This document shows, piece by piece, positions 37,070 to 47,714 of a DNA stretch of 64,000 nt (its first letter is position 1; each line of letters begins with the position of its first letter). The position numbers and the translations under genes are program-made. The stretch is from Minisyncoccota bacterium (GTDB lineage: Bacteria; Patescibacteriota; Minisyncoccia; Phycocordibacterales; UBA9973). Below the pieces are notes generated by a model. It was not told the DNA's origin. It was given only the letters and a program-made list of their open reading frames with translations, and ran no database searches. The stretch is taken from the NCBI GenBank assembly GCA_036517375.1, contig DATDWM010000017.1:3208-67207 (forward strand), read 5' to 3'.

Positions 37070-38359
37070 TTACTTCTTCAAATACCCTTTTAAAAATCGC
37101 TCTTTTAGCTCATAGAAAGTGTCGTCTATGACAGCCTGGCGGATGTCCTTTACTAGGTTCACGATAAAGTAGAGGTTGTGAATGGAGGCCAGAGTGCCAG
37201 CCAGCATTTCCTTAGCATGAAAGAGGTGCGCGATGTAGGCCCGAGTGTAGTTAGTACAGCTATAACAGCCACAACCCTTTTCGATCGGAGTGAAATCACT
37301 TCTAAAAACCTTGTTCATAATTATGATCTTCCCCTCTTTAGTATAAATGGTGCCATTACGGCCCAGACGCGTCGGCGCCACACAGTCGAAGAGATCTACG
37401 CCATTCTCCACACCTTCAAATAAATCCTCGGGCTCGCCTATGCCAAGCAGATGCCGCGGCTTCCCCTCGGGCAGAATTTCATTTACCCATTTCACAGCAC
37501 TCGACATATCCTCCTTAGCAAAGGATCCGCCGATGCCATATCCATCAAAGTCTAAAGTTTTTAAAAACTCTGCGGATTTTTTCCTCAAATTTTCATCCCG
37601 CCCGCCTTGCACAATGCCGAAGAGGGCGGGAACGAAGCTTCCTCCGGTTTTTCTGAGTGAGGAATTCGGCTCGGCCGTACGTAGCGAGGAAAAATCGGAG
37701 GAAGCGGAAAGACGCTGGTGCTCAGCTAAGCTCCTCTCCGCCCAAGCGTGCGTACGATTGAGCGCCTCTTCCTGATATTTTAAATCTTCTGCTGGTGACG
37801 TACATTCGTCAAAAGCAAAAATTATATCCGCTCCCAGGTTGTGCTGAATTTGAATAGACTTCTCAGGAGTGATGTAATGAATAGAGCCGTCGAGATGCGA
37901 TTTGAAGGACACACCGTCCTGCCCTATTTTAGCCAAGCGTGGCGCAGCGCTATCATCAAAGCGTTCAGGTACCAAGAGCGATGGATCGATAATTTTTAAA
38001 ATTTTTGAAATATCTTTGCCGTAAGCTGCGCCTAAAGAGAAAACTTGGAACCCTCCAGAGTCCGTCATAGTGGGGCCAATATTTCCGTCCCCGCCACACC
38101 AGTTCATAAATTTACCAACGCCTCCAGCCTCTCTCACTAGTTCATCCCCAGGCTGTAAATATAAATGATAGGTATTGCCCAAAACGACTTCCGCGCCTAA
38201 GTCTCGAACCATGTCTGGAGTAAGAGATTTTACCGAAGACTTAGTTCCCACTGGAACAAAAGCCGGTGTATGAATAACTCCGTGTGGCGTCCGCAGAACC
38301 CCCGCACGGCCAAGACTACCTTTTAACTTTTTTTCTATTTCAAAAGAAAAATTTTCCAT
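37070..38359 (-). CDS. tgt: tRNA-guanine transglycosylase
   Basis: TPAFVPVGT, NTYHL, DSGGFQVFSL, DCVAPTR, CxCxxC..H Zn site. Confidence 0.96.
   Translation of the reverse strand: MENFSFEIEKKLKGSLGRAGVLRTPHGVIHTPAFVPVGTKSSVKSLTPDMVRDLGAEVVLGNTYHLYLQPGDELVREAGGVGKFMNWCGGDGNIGPTMTDSGGFQVFSLGAAYGKDISKILKIIDPSLLVPERFDDSAAPRLAKIGQDGVSFKSHLDGSIHYITPEKSIQIQHNLGADIIFAFDECTSPAEDLKYQEEALNRTHAWAERSLAEHQRLSASSDFSSLRTAEPNSSLRKTGGSFVPALFGIVQGGRDENLRKKSAEFLKTLDFDGYGIGGSFAKEDMSSAVKWVNEILPEGKPRHLLGIGEPEDLFEGVENGVDLFDCVAPTRLGRNGTIYTKEGKIIIMNKVFRSDFTPIEKGCGCYSCTNYTRAYIAHLFHAKEMLAGTLASIHNLYFIVNLVKDIRQAVIDDTFYELKERFLKGYLKK
37637..37705 (+). repeat. Palindromic repeat element, copy 2 (69 nt, in-frame, antisense within tgt)
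   Basis: 17-bp inverted arms gcttcctccggtttttc/gaaaaatcggaggaagc (one G-T pair) around the same 34-nt core found in fmt. Confidence 0.9.
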
Positions 38360-39162
38360 TAAATTTCCACTTCCACAAATTTTAACTCCTGAATATTTAC
38401 TGGACTCGCAAGCAATGCTTTTGTAAAGGAGTCTCTAGGGTCAGAGAGAATAGTTTCCACCACTCCCAGCACATACGGCGTGATCCCCGGCAGAACAACT
38501 GTGTCCCCCTTCGAAATTATAAAATCTCTAGGCACAATCATTTCGAAATTCCCTCCCCCTCGCCCAACCACTGAAATGAAAGCACCATCACTTGCTATTA
38601 CTACTTCTGTTTTCTCGCCCGGATTCGTAAATAAAATTACCTTAGATGAAAATGGATTCACCTCGCCTACCCGCCCGATCGGCACGTTACCTAATGCAAA
38701 AACCAAATTCCCCACAGCAATATTTTTATTCTGATTATTGCTACTGCCCACATCGATGATTAGAGTGTCGTAGGGGCTCCGGTTCGGCTTGGCTAGGATA
38801 GCCGAGAGGAGCAAGTTCTGATTTTCGGTTTTTCGGCCCAATGCTTCCTTAAAAGAAATATTTTCCGCTACTGTGGCATGATAGTTCGACATTTCCGCAT
38901 CTCTTTGAGCTAATTCGGATTTTAAATTTTCATTTTCCTCTGACAGGGATTTCTTTGACGAAAAGTAAGAGAAAAACCCACCAAGCTTCCCCCCGACACT
39001 ATTACCGGCTACAAAGACAGGTCTTAGTGTAGTACTACTTACATAGGAAAGCGCAGAGAAAATACTAGACCTAAAATAAATCAAAATAAGAAAAAACAAA
39101 ACACCGAAAACGATGCTATAGGTTTTCTTCTTTCGTGTTTTTTTATCTTGGAGGTAGCTCAT
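38359..39162 (-). CDS. mreC: Rod shape-determining protein MreC
   Basis: TM, coiled coil LSEENENLK, beta domains; follows mreB. Confidence 0.88.
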   Translation of the reverse strand: MSYLQDKKTRKKKTYSIVFGVLFFLILIYFRSSIFSALSYVSSTTLRPVFVAGNSVGGKLGGFFSYFSSKKSLSEENENLKSELAQRDAEMSNYHATVAENISFKEALGRKTENQNLLLSAILAKPNRSPYDTLIIDVGSSNNQNKNIAVGNLVFALGNVPIGRVGEVNPFSSKVILFTNPGEKTEVVIASDGAFISVVGRGGGNFEMIVPRDFIISKGDTVVLPGITPYVLGVVETILSDPRDSFTKALLASPVNIQELKFVEVEI

Positions 39163-40189
39163 CTTGATTCTTGATCAAAACATCCCGATAGGACTCTAGG
39201 TCGTCTAATATTACTCCTGTTCCGCGCGCCACAGCCGAGAGCGGGTCATCCACCACGTAGACAGGAATCTTGAGCACACTCCCGAGCAGCTGGTCGAGCC
39301 CCGGTAGAAGAGCGCCACCTCCCGAGAGAGTGATACCGCGATGCATAATGTCGGAGAGAATTTCAGGTGGAGTTGTTTCTAGCGTGTCTTTGACCCCGTT
39401 TACCAGCTCCCGAACAGAAGTTGAGATTGCCTCCCTCACATCTGAGTCCGTCACCACCACTTCCCGTGGAAGCCCTGTTAGTAAATCCCGGCCGTGGACT
39501 TCCGTCTCCATATACTCTCCCGGAATTACCGAACCGATAGCTATTTTAATATTTTCCGCAGTTCGCTCGCCGATAAGTATTTTAAATTCATCTCGCATGT
39601 AACTCATGATGTCATTGTTTAGTCGGTCTCCCGCTATTTTTAAATTCTTTGATTTCACAATGCCGCCTAAAGATATAACCGCAATGTCCGTGGTTCCTCC
39701 ACCGATGTCTATAATCATAGAACCTACTGGGTCCTGTATCGGCATCCGTACGCCGATTGCTGCGGCCATGGGTTCCTCCACTAGATAAACCGCGCGAGCA
39801 CCGGCCGAGCGAGCCGCATCATATACTGCGCGAGTCTCTACGTTGGTGGTGCCAGAAGGCACTCCCACCACTACTCTGGGCTTGCCTAACTTCTTGGATA
39901 TTTTATCCGCCTTGCCGATAAGGTAAGAGAGCATTTCTTCCGTTACTTCGAAATCTGAAATAACTCCGTCCACCAGAGGGCGTATCGCCCGGATGTGCCC
40001 CGGTGTCCGCCCCAGCATTTCTTTAGCCTTCATGCCGACAGCTAGAACTTGATTTGTCTTAATGTTAACTGCCACCACGGAAGGCTCGTTAATAACGATG
40101 CCGTGACCTTTCAAGTAGACTAAGGTATTAGAAGTACCCAAGTCTATACCTATATCGTTTGAAATTAATTTATAAAATTTTTTAAACAT
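39143..40189 (-). CDS. mreB: Rod shape-determining protein MreB
   Basis: IGIDLGTSNT, EPMAAAIG, DIGGGTT, LSGGGALL. Confidence 0.97.
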   Translation of the reverse strand: MFKKFYKLISNDIGIDLGTSNTLVYLKGHGIVINEPSVVAVNIKTNQVLAVGMKAKEMLGRTPGHIRAIRPLVDGVISDFEVTEEMLSYLIGKADKISKKLGKPRVVVGVPSGTTNVETRAVYDAARSAGARAVYLVEEPMAAAIGVRMPIQDPVGSMIIDIGGGTTDIAVISLGGIVKSKNLKIAGDRLNNDIMSYMRDEFKILIGERTAENIKIAIGSVIPGEYMETEVHGRDLLTGLPREVVVTDSDVREAISTSVRELVNGVKDTLETTPPEILSDIMHRGITLSGGGALLPGLDQLLGSVLKIPVYVVDDPLSAVARGTGVILDDLESYRDVLIKNQDELPPR

Positions 40190-40209
40190 TTTAAATTAGG
40201 TGCTAGGTG

Positions 40210-41487
40210 CTAGCTTCTAGGTTTTAGTAAACTCAGCAATTCAGCCAAAGACACTATTTTCCCTTTTTCTTCCACACGTTTTTTTATTTCGATTCCGCCC
40301 CCCGCCCCAGCGGATAAATCCTTAATACTCCTCGCGGATACTACCGCCCGAAGCGGTATGCCTAACAAGTCCGAATCAGCAAACTTCTCCCCCGGCATTA
40401 CTCCCGTGCGGTCGTCAAATAGTACTTCAATATTATTTTTTACTAAATTATTGTAAATATTTTCCGCTTCTTTTGAGACCTCTCCGTCTTCACCTAAGAC
40501 CAGTAGATGCACCGCAAACGGCGCAATAGCTTCCGGCCAGATAATACCCTTATCATCAGAGAGAACCTCAACCACCGTGCCCATGAGCCGTCCTAGGCCT
40601 ATACCGTAGCAACCCATTAAAACTTCGTGCTTTTCCCCCTTGGGGTCCGTAAAAGACAAGTCAAAAGGCTTGGAATATTTAGTCTTAAGATCAAAGATAT
40701 TCCCTACTTCTATCGCTTTATGCTCCACTAACTTTTCTTTATTTAAGGACAGCAACCCGAGAACTTCGTCGTTATAGACTTCCTTGTTCACTGCCACGGA
40801 ACTTGCCTCATCAACATAAATGGTGTCCTCACCCGCCGGAGTGATAGTCTGAAATTCGTGAGAATATTTTGCGAAAGTTCCACCAGAAGCAAAAGTAAGA
40901 TAGGTCAAGTGTCCGATGCCCACGCGAGTAAAAATATTTTTATATACTTCTTTCATTTTTTCGTAGAATTTTTCAAAATCTTCCTGCGAAGCATGGAAAG
41001 AATACATATCTTTCATAAAAAATTCCCGTCCTCGCAAAATACCAGACTTGGCCCGAAGTTCGTTTCGGAATTTGGTCTGAAATTGATAAACCGACAGTGG
41101 CAGATCCTTGTATGAAGAAATAAAACCGGTAAGTAAATTTACTAAGGGTTCTTCGTGTGAAAAACCTAGCCCTAGTTCCGCATCATTTTTTAATTTTGTT
41201 TTAAACCAGTTGTCTACCACATCATCACTCCAGCGATCCGTCTTTTTAAAGAGTTCTGGATTTTGAAGCGCAGTCAGTGACACCTCCTGCCCTCCCGCCT
41301 TATTCATTTCTTCACGGACAATGCCTTCAATTTTATTGAGCACCCGAAGCCCTAAGGGTAGATAGTCATAAACCCCTGCCATTTCCTTGTTAATAAAGCC
41401 TCCCCGGATTAGAAGTTCGGCGTTTTTGGACACCTCATCGCTAGGGGCTTCTTTTTTGGTTTTAGTGAAAAGGCGGGATTGTTTCAT
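40210..41487 (-). CDS. proS: Proline--tRNA ligase (short form lacking the editing domain)
   Basis: KFRNELRAKSGILRGREFFMKDMYSF, MGCYGIG, GEKFADSDLLGIP. Confidence 0.95.
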   Translation of the reverse strand: MKQSRLFTKTKKEAPSDEVSKNAELLIRGGFINKEMAGVYDYLPLGLRVLNKIEGIVREEMNKAGGQEVSLTALQNPELFKKTDRWSDDVVDNWFKTKLKNDAELGLGFSHEEPLVNLLTGFISSYKDLPLSVYQFQTKFRNELRAKSGILRGREFFMKDMYSFHASQEDFEKFYEKMKEVYKNIFTRVGIGHLTYLTFASGGTFAKYSHEFQTITPAGEDTIYVDEASSVAVNKEVYNDEVLGLLSLNKEKLVEHKAIEVGNIFDLKTKYSKPFDLSFTDPKGEKHEVLMGCYGIGLGRLMGTVVEVLSDDKGIIWPEAIAPFAVHLLVLGEDGEVSKEAENIYNNLVKNNIEVLFDDRTGVMPGEKFADSDLLGIPLRAVVSARSIKDLSAGAGGGIEIKKRVEEKGKIVSLAELLSLLKPRS

Positions 41488-41603
41488 AACGTCCATCATA
41501 CCCCTAAAAAGTTATTTGGTCAAAAAACTCAAAAGAAAAGAGTCTAAAGACACCACCTCCAAACAAGTTGCAAAAGGCAGAACTTTCTGTTAATATGATA
41601 CCT

Positions 41604-42356
41604 ATGCAGAAAATCAAAACCACAGCAAAAACAGCCGACGCTCAAATTGAAGAGATGTTTGGCGCGGGGGTACATTATGGCTATTCGAAGACTCGAAGGC
41701 ACCCTTCTGTGTCTACTTATATATATGCAACCAAAAATAAAGGCGACATCATAAACCTAGAGATGACTGGAGAGATGCTCGCCCGCGCAGTAGAGTTCGT
41801 AAAGGACTTGGGCGCTCGAAACAAGGTACTGCTTTTCGTAGGTACCAAGCCTGAAGCCAAGAACGCGGTAAGGAATGGCGCGGAATCCTTAAATATGCCC
41901 TACGTAGTAGAGCGCTGGATTGGGGGCACTATTTCTAACTTCTCTGAAATAAAAAAGAGAATCAACGAACTTGAGAACTACCGCAAGGATAGCTCTCTCG
42001 GAAACTTGGATAAATATACCAAGAAGGAACGTGTAGTCATGGCTAAAAAAATGGAAAAGCTCGCAAAGTACTACGGCGGACTTATCGGACTCAAGAAGAC
42101 ACCAGATGCAATGTTCATAGTAGATGGAAGGAATGAACACATTGCTCTTACTGAAGCCCAGAAGGGTGATGCAACTGTTATTTCCCTAGTGAACTCTGAT
42201 TCTAATATCAAAGGCATAGACTACCCGATACTAGGCAATGATGCTTCTGTCCCTTCTATCAACCTCTTCACCGCAGCTATTGTGAACGCCTACAAAGAAG
42301 GTCAGATGTCTGTACCTGCTAAGAAAGAAGAGGTTAAAGAAACTAAGAAAGCTTAA
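41604..42356 (+). CDS. rpsB: 30S ribosomal protein S2
   Basis: AGVHYG, LFVGTK, RWIGGTISNF, GND motifs. Confidence 0.96.
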   Translation: MQKIKTTAKTADAQIEEMFGAGVHYGYSKTRRHPSVSTYIYATKNKGDIINLEMTGEMLARAVEFVKDLGARNKVLLFVGTKPEAKNAVRNGAESLNMPYVVERWIGGTISNFSEIKKRINELENYRKDSSLGNLDKYTKKERVVMAKKMEKLAKYYGGLIGLKKTPDAMFIVDGRNEHIALTEAQKGDATVISLVNSDSNIKGIDYPILGNDASVPSINLFTAAIVNAYKEGQMSVPAKKEEVKETKKA

Positions 42357-42362
42357 TAAAAT

Positions 42363-43142
42363 ATGTCTCTCCCTATAACAACTGAGTTAATAAAGGAACT
42401 TAGAGATGCAACTGGCATTTCAGTTATGCAATGCAAGCGCGCCTTAGAAGAAGCGGAGGGCGACATGAATAAGGCTTTAGCCATATTGAAGAAGACAAGT
42501 TCTGACATCGCGCTTAAGAAAGCTGGCCGCGAAGCTAATGATGGTGCCGTGATGATAAAAGGCAATGCCAACAAGTCCGTACTTGTATCACTCCATTGTG
42601 AAACTGATTTCGTTTCCCGAAACGAGGACTTTACGAACCTTCTCTCTACCCTCTCCGACAAAGCTCTAGATAGTGGGATAGAAAATATGCAGAACGCTTC
42701 CAAAGAAATGATTGATCCTATAATCCAGAAGACAGGTGAAAACATTCAGTTGGGAGACGTATATGAAGTGGAAGGCAATGTGCTTGGAAACTACGTCCAC
42801 AACAACAAGATGGCGGTCATAGTATCTCTCGAAGGCGGCACTCCAGAGCTCGCGCGTGATATAGCTATGCATATCACTGCAATGAAACCAGAATACATAA
42901 ACGCAGATGAAATAAACGAAGAATCCAGGAAAACGATTACTGAAGTTTTCGAAAAGGAGGTAGCCAGCATAAATAAACCAGAAGAGATAAAGAAGAAGAT
43001 GCTAGAAGGTAAAATAAATACTTATTTCAAAGAAAAGACTCTGCTCGAACAGCCATTCATAAAAAACGGAGATGAAACGATAGCTAAGCTTCTAGAGAAA
43101 AACAAAGCCAAGATAATTCTGGTAAAACGATATTCTATTTAA
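42363..43142 (+). CDS. tsf: Elongation factor Ts
   Basis: IKELRDATGISVMQCKRAL, CETDFVSRN, AMHITAMKP. Confidence 0.96.
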   Translation: MSLPITTELIKELRDATGISVMQCKRALEEAEGDMNKALAILKKTSSDIALKKAGREANDGAVMIKGNANKSVLVSLHCETDFVSRNEDFTNLLSTLSDKALDSGIENMQNASKEMIDPIIQKTGENIQLGDVYEVEGNVLGNYVHNNKMAVIVSLEGGTPELARDIAMHITAMKPEYINADEINEESRKTITEVFEKEVASINKPEEIKKKMLEGKINTYFKEKTLLEQPFIKNGDETIAKLLEKNKAKIILVKRYSI

Positions 43143-43174
43143 TCTGGACGGTAACTGTGTTTTAAATAAATGAT

Positions 43175-43582
43175 ATGTATATAATATTAATTTTATTTTT
43201 TGTTTCTCTGGCCTCTATCATCTTCATGATTGGACGGAAGTTGGTATTGGTTAAGGGTGGACATGTGGCAGAAACAGAACACTCACACATCTTCGTACCG
43301 GATATTGAAAAAATTAAACAAGTCACCACTGTTCATGCTAAAAAATATGGATACGCGGCCCTAGTCACTACCCTCAGGCTTTATATCAAGTCTTCGAACA
43401 TTCTGAAAGACAAATATAATAAATTAAGAACGAAAATCAAAGAAAGGAGAAATAGAAATAAAGGCGATGCGGAAATAATCCTAGAAGAGCAAAAAGCCAA
43501 CAAGTTTCTAAAAATGATTTCAGACTACAAGCACAAGATCCGGGAGATAAAGCACAAGATCAAGAGAGAAGAAGATAAGTAG
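43175..43582 (+). CDS. Hypothetical membrane-anchored basic protein
   Basis: N-terminal TM, Lys-rich remainder. Confidence 0.7.
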   Translation: MYIILILFFVSLASIIFMIGRKLVLVKGGHVAETEHSHIFVPDIEKIKQVTTVHAKKYGYAALVTTLRLYIKSSNILKDKYNKLRTKIKERRNRNKGDAEIILEEQKANKFLKMISDYKHKIREIKHKIKREEDK

Positions 43583-43629
43583 AACAAATTTGGAAAGTGT
43601 GTTAGTGTCTTTAAGTAATAAAAAATATC

Positions 43630-43702
43630 GCCGGAATAGCTCAGTTGGTAGAGCAACGCTTTTGTAAAGCGAAGGTCGTGGGTTCGAATCCCTCTTCCGG
43701 CT
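43630..43702 (+). tRNA. tRNA-Thr(TGT)
   Basis: GCCGGAA/TTCCGGC acceptor stem, anticodon loop TT-TGT-AA, GGTTCGAATCC. Confidence 0.95.
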
Positions 43703-43708
43703 CCGCAA

Positions 43709-44353
43709 TTAAAGTGAGATTTTGATGCACATTTCTCCGAGTGAGGTTGTCTGGTAACTTGGCAGGATAGACGGCCAACCACCTTCGTTTCCTCTGGCAT
43801 TGCCTGTTGAAAGGTCACCATCATCCAAAATGGCGTCAATCTGCTCTAAAGCGCTTACTGGTACCTGTCCACCGTTGTCCGAGGCAGAAGTACCCGGACG
43901 GTCGTCGTTCAAAAAAATACAATAGTCATAAGTACCATCCCCGTCCCAATCCAACGGATTAGTACTGTCACCATTCTCAAATCCAATTTGACCTTTCCAT
44001 GGATGAGAAAGATTGTAAAGGCCCAGATAGGGTCCGTTCCACCCAGGCACTCCTAAACTTCTTAAGAATGGATCATCAGCATCTGTTGAACACGAATATC
44101 CTGCCAAGCAGGTAGGAGGATATTCTCCGGTATCTAAAAGATAAAGATATATGCTTTTCTGCACCTCGCGAACCTGCGATACCACCGCTGCCACTTTCCC
44201 CTTCTCCCGGGACGGACTTAAAGCTATCACGACGACGCTTGCCAGTATGCCAATGATTGCAACTACCACTAAAAGCTCAATGAGCGTGAACCCGAATGCT
44301 GTCGTTTTCTCGGCAGTTTTTGTTTTCTTGTTCAGGCACACTATTTCACTCAT
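43709..44353 (-). CDS. Type IV pilin / GspG-like pseudopilin
   Basis: GFTLIELLVVVAIIGILA prepilin motif; WNGPYL, HPWK. Confidence 0.9.
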   Translation of the reverse strand: MSEIVCLNKKTKTAEKTTAFGFTLIELLVVVAIIGILASVVVIALSPSREKGKVAAVVSQVREVQKSIYLYLLDTGEYPPTCLAGYSCSTDADDPFLRSLGVPGWNGPYLGLYNLSHPWKGQIGFENGDSTNPLDWDGDGTYDYCIFLNDDRPGTSASDNGGQVPVSALEQIDAILDDGDLSTGNARGNEGGWPSILPSYQTTSLGEMCIKISL

Positions 44354-44459
44354 AACTTTAAGTTACACTATTAAGAAATTATTGTCTAGTGATAAAACAA
44401 GACGCTCCTTAATTAAAATCTATTGAAAAGTGTTAAGAAGTGTACGTGGAAATCTAGAC

Positions 44460-45167
44460 CTAAAAATTCTTTTTGTTTGTCTCTGTTGCAGGTAATGTTT
44501 CTTCGGGTAATGTCTCTTGAAGTTTGAAGGACTCTTTTATCTGAGATTCAAGTTCATCTATTCCATGAAAACCGGTCAATACATCGCCATCTACCACCAG
44601 GGCCGGCAGGACTGTGTCTTTTATTTTGTATATTTGTAGCATAGCTTTAACCGCAGAGAGGTCCGTGCTGTAGTCAAAGGAGTACACTCGAAGCTCCGGA
44701 TACTTATTTCGAAGAGCGGAAAGAACTATCCCCTGTTGCTGGCACTCACTGCAATTCTCGGCCGTAGTATAAAAATAAAGTATAAAAGCAGACTTGACCT
44801 TACAGCGTTCACTTATTCTTTTCATTAGAAGATAATCCTTAATTTGTAGAAGTGAATAATACTTTCGAAGATAGGACACTTCCTCGGTGGCGCCAAGGTT
44901 GCTCTCACCCCATTCGAGCTTGCCGCCTAACTCCCTTAACTCCGGAGAGAGAGCGCCATCAGAAATATTCTTACAAGAGAGCTCCGAGAGCAGAGAGAAC
45001 TGCGTTTCAGAAGAGAGTATGTCGATAGCTATTTTATCTTGAATGGCTTTCAACTGATCAATCTTTTTATCACCGAAATAATTGCTGACATAGCTCGCAG
45101 ATAGAAAAAGCCCCAAAGTAATAGCGAACACAATTAAATATTTCTTCCAATCAATATTATTATTCAT
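44460..45167 (-). CDS. Membrane-anchored protein with thioredoxin-like CxxC C-terminal domain
   Basis: N-terminal TM; ILYFY...CSECQQQG...LPALVV. Confidence 0.65.
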   Translation of the reverse strand: MNNNIDWKKYLIVFAITLGLFLSASYVSNYFGDKKIDQLKAIQDKIAIDILSSETQFSLLSELSCKNISDGALSPELRELGGKLEWGESNLGATEEVSYLRKYYSLLQIKDYLLMKRISERCKVKSAFILYFYTTAENCSECQQQGIVLSALRNKYPELRVYSFDYSTDLSAVKAMLQIYKIKDTVLPALVVDGDVLTGFHGIDELESQIKESFKLQETLPEETLPATETNKKNF

Positions 45168-45169
45168 AT

Positions 45170-46423
45170 TTATCTCCAAGCAGGAGTTCTGGATATTAAT
45201 GTATTATAGACTGCATTCATTATCCAAAATGGAGCAATGAAACTAAAAACTACAAAATAATAAATTACTTGATACGGGAAGCCCCACTTTTCCTTAGTCC
45301 CTCGAGTCATCTGCTTTCCGAAAATTATCGCAAAAATAACCATACTATAAGCTCCAATAGTAACAATGAAGGATGTCTGTGTATTTATGAAAAAGAAATC
45401 GAAGTTACCAGGCCAGCCACTAAAATGGAAACCGATAATCTGATACTCCAATATTTTTGAATATATAAACTGTCCGATATTGTAAAGACCGCTAAAGAAA
45501 ACATAGACAACTGCGAGAACTGTAAGCGAACCAGTCGGCAGAGTAAAGAGGGAAAAGTTTCCATACTTTCTGTCTAAAACTATTGCCCGATAGTCTAGGG
45601 TGTTGTTAATAAAACCGTAGATCCAGCGCAACCTTTGTTTAAAAAGTTTATTCAAAGCCACTGGTGTGTTGGTGTATACATAGGCGTCATTACAATGTTC
45701 TATCTTGTAATGATTCTTCTGCATTCTGTACGCTATCTCCATGTCTTCAGTGTTGTGCGCATGTTTGTAAGGACCTAAATCGTCGAAGACCTTTTTCCGG
45801 AAAATAGTAAAGGGTCCAGGGGTCACGTTGATTGCCCCCAAGAAGCCAAGCATTTTCTTAAAATAAATACCCATGTTGTACTCCACCCTCTGAGCATTCT
45901 GGAGTATTCCCTTGGGCTCATTCACGACAACTGCCGGAGCCACTGCCATAATGCTCGCGTCTTTTTCAAAATAGGTAAAGATGCGGCGCAAGGCTTCCTT
46001 GTCGACTATGGAATCTGCGTCCAAACAACCCACAAATTCGGTTTCCGTATTTTCAAGTCCGAAGTTTAAGGCAGTATATTTGCCTCCGTTTTCTTTGTGG
46101 AATATTTTAATATTTGCATACTTTTCGAATTTTTCGATGATATGCCAAGTACCGTCTGTCGAACCATCGTCAATCAAGAAAAATGTAATTTTGTCTTTTG
46201 GGTAATTAAGATTTAAAAGAGAACGAATGGTTTTATAAATTGTTGTCTCTTCATTCCAGCAAGGCACTATAATAGTCACGCGCGGGTACCGGGACAGCAC
46301 TACTTCTCGATCTCGAATAAATATTTTCTTCCTATTTTGGAGGAAAGTAACGAGGAAGAAAACCTGCACGTAGACAGAGGTAAAAATTACTATATAAAAT
46401 ATTGCGCTGGTAATAAAAGTCAT
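45170..46423 (-). CDS. Processive glycosyltransferase family 2 (PgaC/IcaA-like)
   Basis: PCWNEE, DDGSTD, LDAD, TED, QRLRW motifs plus TMs. Confidence 0.9.
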   Translation of the reverse strand: MTFITSAIFYIVIFTSVYVQVFFLVTFLQNRKKIFIRDREVVLSRYPRVTIIVPCWNEETTIYKTIRSLLNLNYPKDKITFFLIDDGSTDGTWHIIEKFEKYANIKIFHKENGGKYTALNFGLENTETEFVGCLDADSIVDKEALRRIFTYFEKDASIMAVAPAVVVNEPKGILQNAQRVEYNMGIYFKKMLGFLGAINVTPGPFTIFRKKVFDDLGPYKHAHNTEDMEIAYRMQKNHYKIEHCNDAYVYTNTPVALNKLFKQRLRWIYGFINNTLDYRAIVLDRKYGNFSLFTLPTGSLTVLAVVYVFFSGLYNIGQFIYSKILEYQIIGFHFSGWPGNFDFFFINTQTSFIVTIGAYSMVIFAIIFGKQMTRGTKEKWGFPYQVIYYFVVFSFIAPFWIMNAVYNTLISRTPAWR

Positions 46424-46523
46424 AATATATAGCTTAAATATATCATTTTTAGCCCAAAAAGCAAACCCCTCAGGCGGACTGAAGGGGCGCTTTAAGGCTC
46501 TAATAGAACTTACCGTAACCTTA

Positions 46524-46829
46524 TTACATATTACTAGCTGTGTTGCTGGCGCCACTCGATGGAGCTATGCAGTTGGTGCAGACTCCAACCTTACACTTCT
46601 TGCATGGGCAACCAAATATCTTAAACACGGCCGCCACTCCCACAAGAATGTATACTACTGCCTCAACTGTAGGCATAGAACCCAAAAGTAGATATACAAC
46701 GTTCCAGTCAGAGTTCATGAGCATTCCAACCCCCACCAAACCCCAATTTAATCCTCCGATGACTAACAAGATTTTACCAATCTTAGACATTAGACATCGC
46801 TCTTTGTGACAACAACTTTCGTTCATCAT
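46524..46829 (-). CDS. DUF378 domain membrane protein
   Basis: LLVIGGLNWGLVG...VYILVGVAA. Confidence 0.85.
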   Translation of the reverse strand: MMNESCCHKERCLMSKIGKILLVIGGLNWGLVGVGMLMNSDWNVVYLLLGSMPTVEAVVYILVGVAAVFKIFGCPCKKCKVGVCTNCIAPSSGASNTASNM

Positions 46830-46917
46830 AAATTTTTTAATTAATTGTTAATAACAGAATTATAGCATAACTATAAAAAATGCTATAATACAGGAATTAG
46901 TAAATAAATATAAAAAT

Positions 46918-47685
46918 ATGGAAGAAACTACACAAGAAAACAAGCCCGAGGATAAAATGAATACAATAAATACAAGCCCGCAAAGCGCACCTAGGACCTC
47001 CTTTACCAACCAGTCCCAGATAACCGGGGCCATAATATTAGCTGCGCTCATAATCGGAGGCGCAATACTCCTTCGTGGCTCTACTCCACTATCCGATACT
47101 GCCCAAAATAATCAGAACAATACTGCCAATCTACCAAGCGCCAATATGCGTGCTGTGTCAGCTGACGAACACATAACCGGAAATGTAAATGCAAGAGTTG
47201 TAATCGTAGAATATTCCGACCTTGAGTGTCCTTACTGTAAAGTATTCCACTATACAATGCGGAAAGTTCTAGAAAACAATCAAAACGTAGCGTGGGTCTT
47301 CCGGCACTACCCTATCCCACAACTCCACGCCAAAGCGACCCGTGAAGCTGAAGCAACCGAGTGCGCCTGGGAACAGGGTGGCAATACTGCCTTCTGGAAA
47401 TATGTAGACCGCGTCTTTGAAGTTACTACTTCAAACGATGGGCTACCGGACGCCGAGCTTCCTAAGATTGCTGCCTACATTGGGCTCAACGAAACATCTT
47501 TTAGTTCTTGTCTGTCCAGCGGTAAATACGCGTCCAAAGTGGAAGCTGACGTGTCCGACGGAAGAAACATGGGGGTAAATGGAACTCCGTCATCCTTTAT
47601 CTTATTAAATGGGAAAATAGTAGACACCATCCCGGGCGCCCAGCCATATGAGGTGGTCATGAAAGCTCTCAGCGAAATAAAATAA
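46918..47685 (+). CDS. DsbA/BdbD-like disulfide oxidoreductase
   Basis: EYSDLECPYC, RHYP, GVNGTP, GAQP. Confidence 0.9.
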   Translation: MEETTQENKPEDKMNTINTSPQSAPRTSFTNQSQITGAIILAALIIGGAILLRGSTPLSDTAQNNQNNTANLPSANMRAVSADEHITGNVNARVVIVEYSDLECPYCKVFHYTMRKVLENNQNVAWVFRHYPIPQLHAKATREAEATECAWEQGGNTAFWKYVDRVFEVTTSNDGLPDAELPKIAAYIGLNETSFSSCLSSGKYASKVEADVSDGRNMGVNGTPSSFILLNGKIVDTIPGAQPYEVVMKALSEIK

Positions 47686-47714
47686 TTTTTTAATCGAAAT
47701 ATAACTAGGTACAA

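Noticed and set aside
43520-43839. Minus-strand ORFs spanning tRNA-Thr
   Set aside because: Antisense translations of the tRNA (RDSNPRPSLYKS) and of neighbouring genes.
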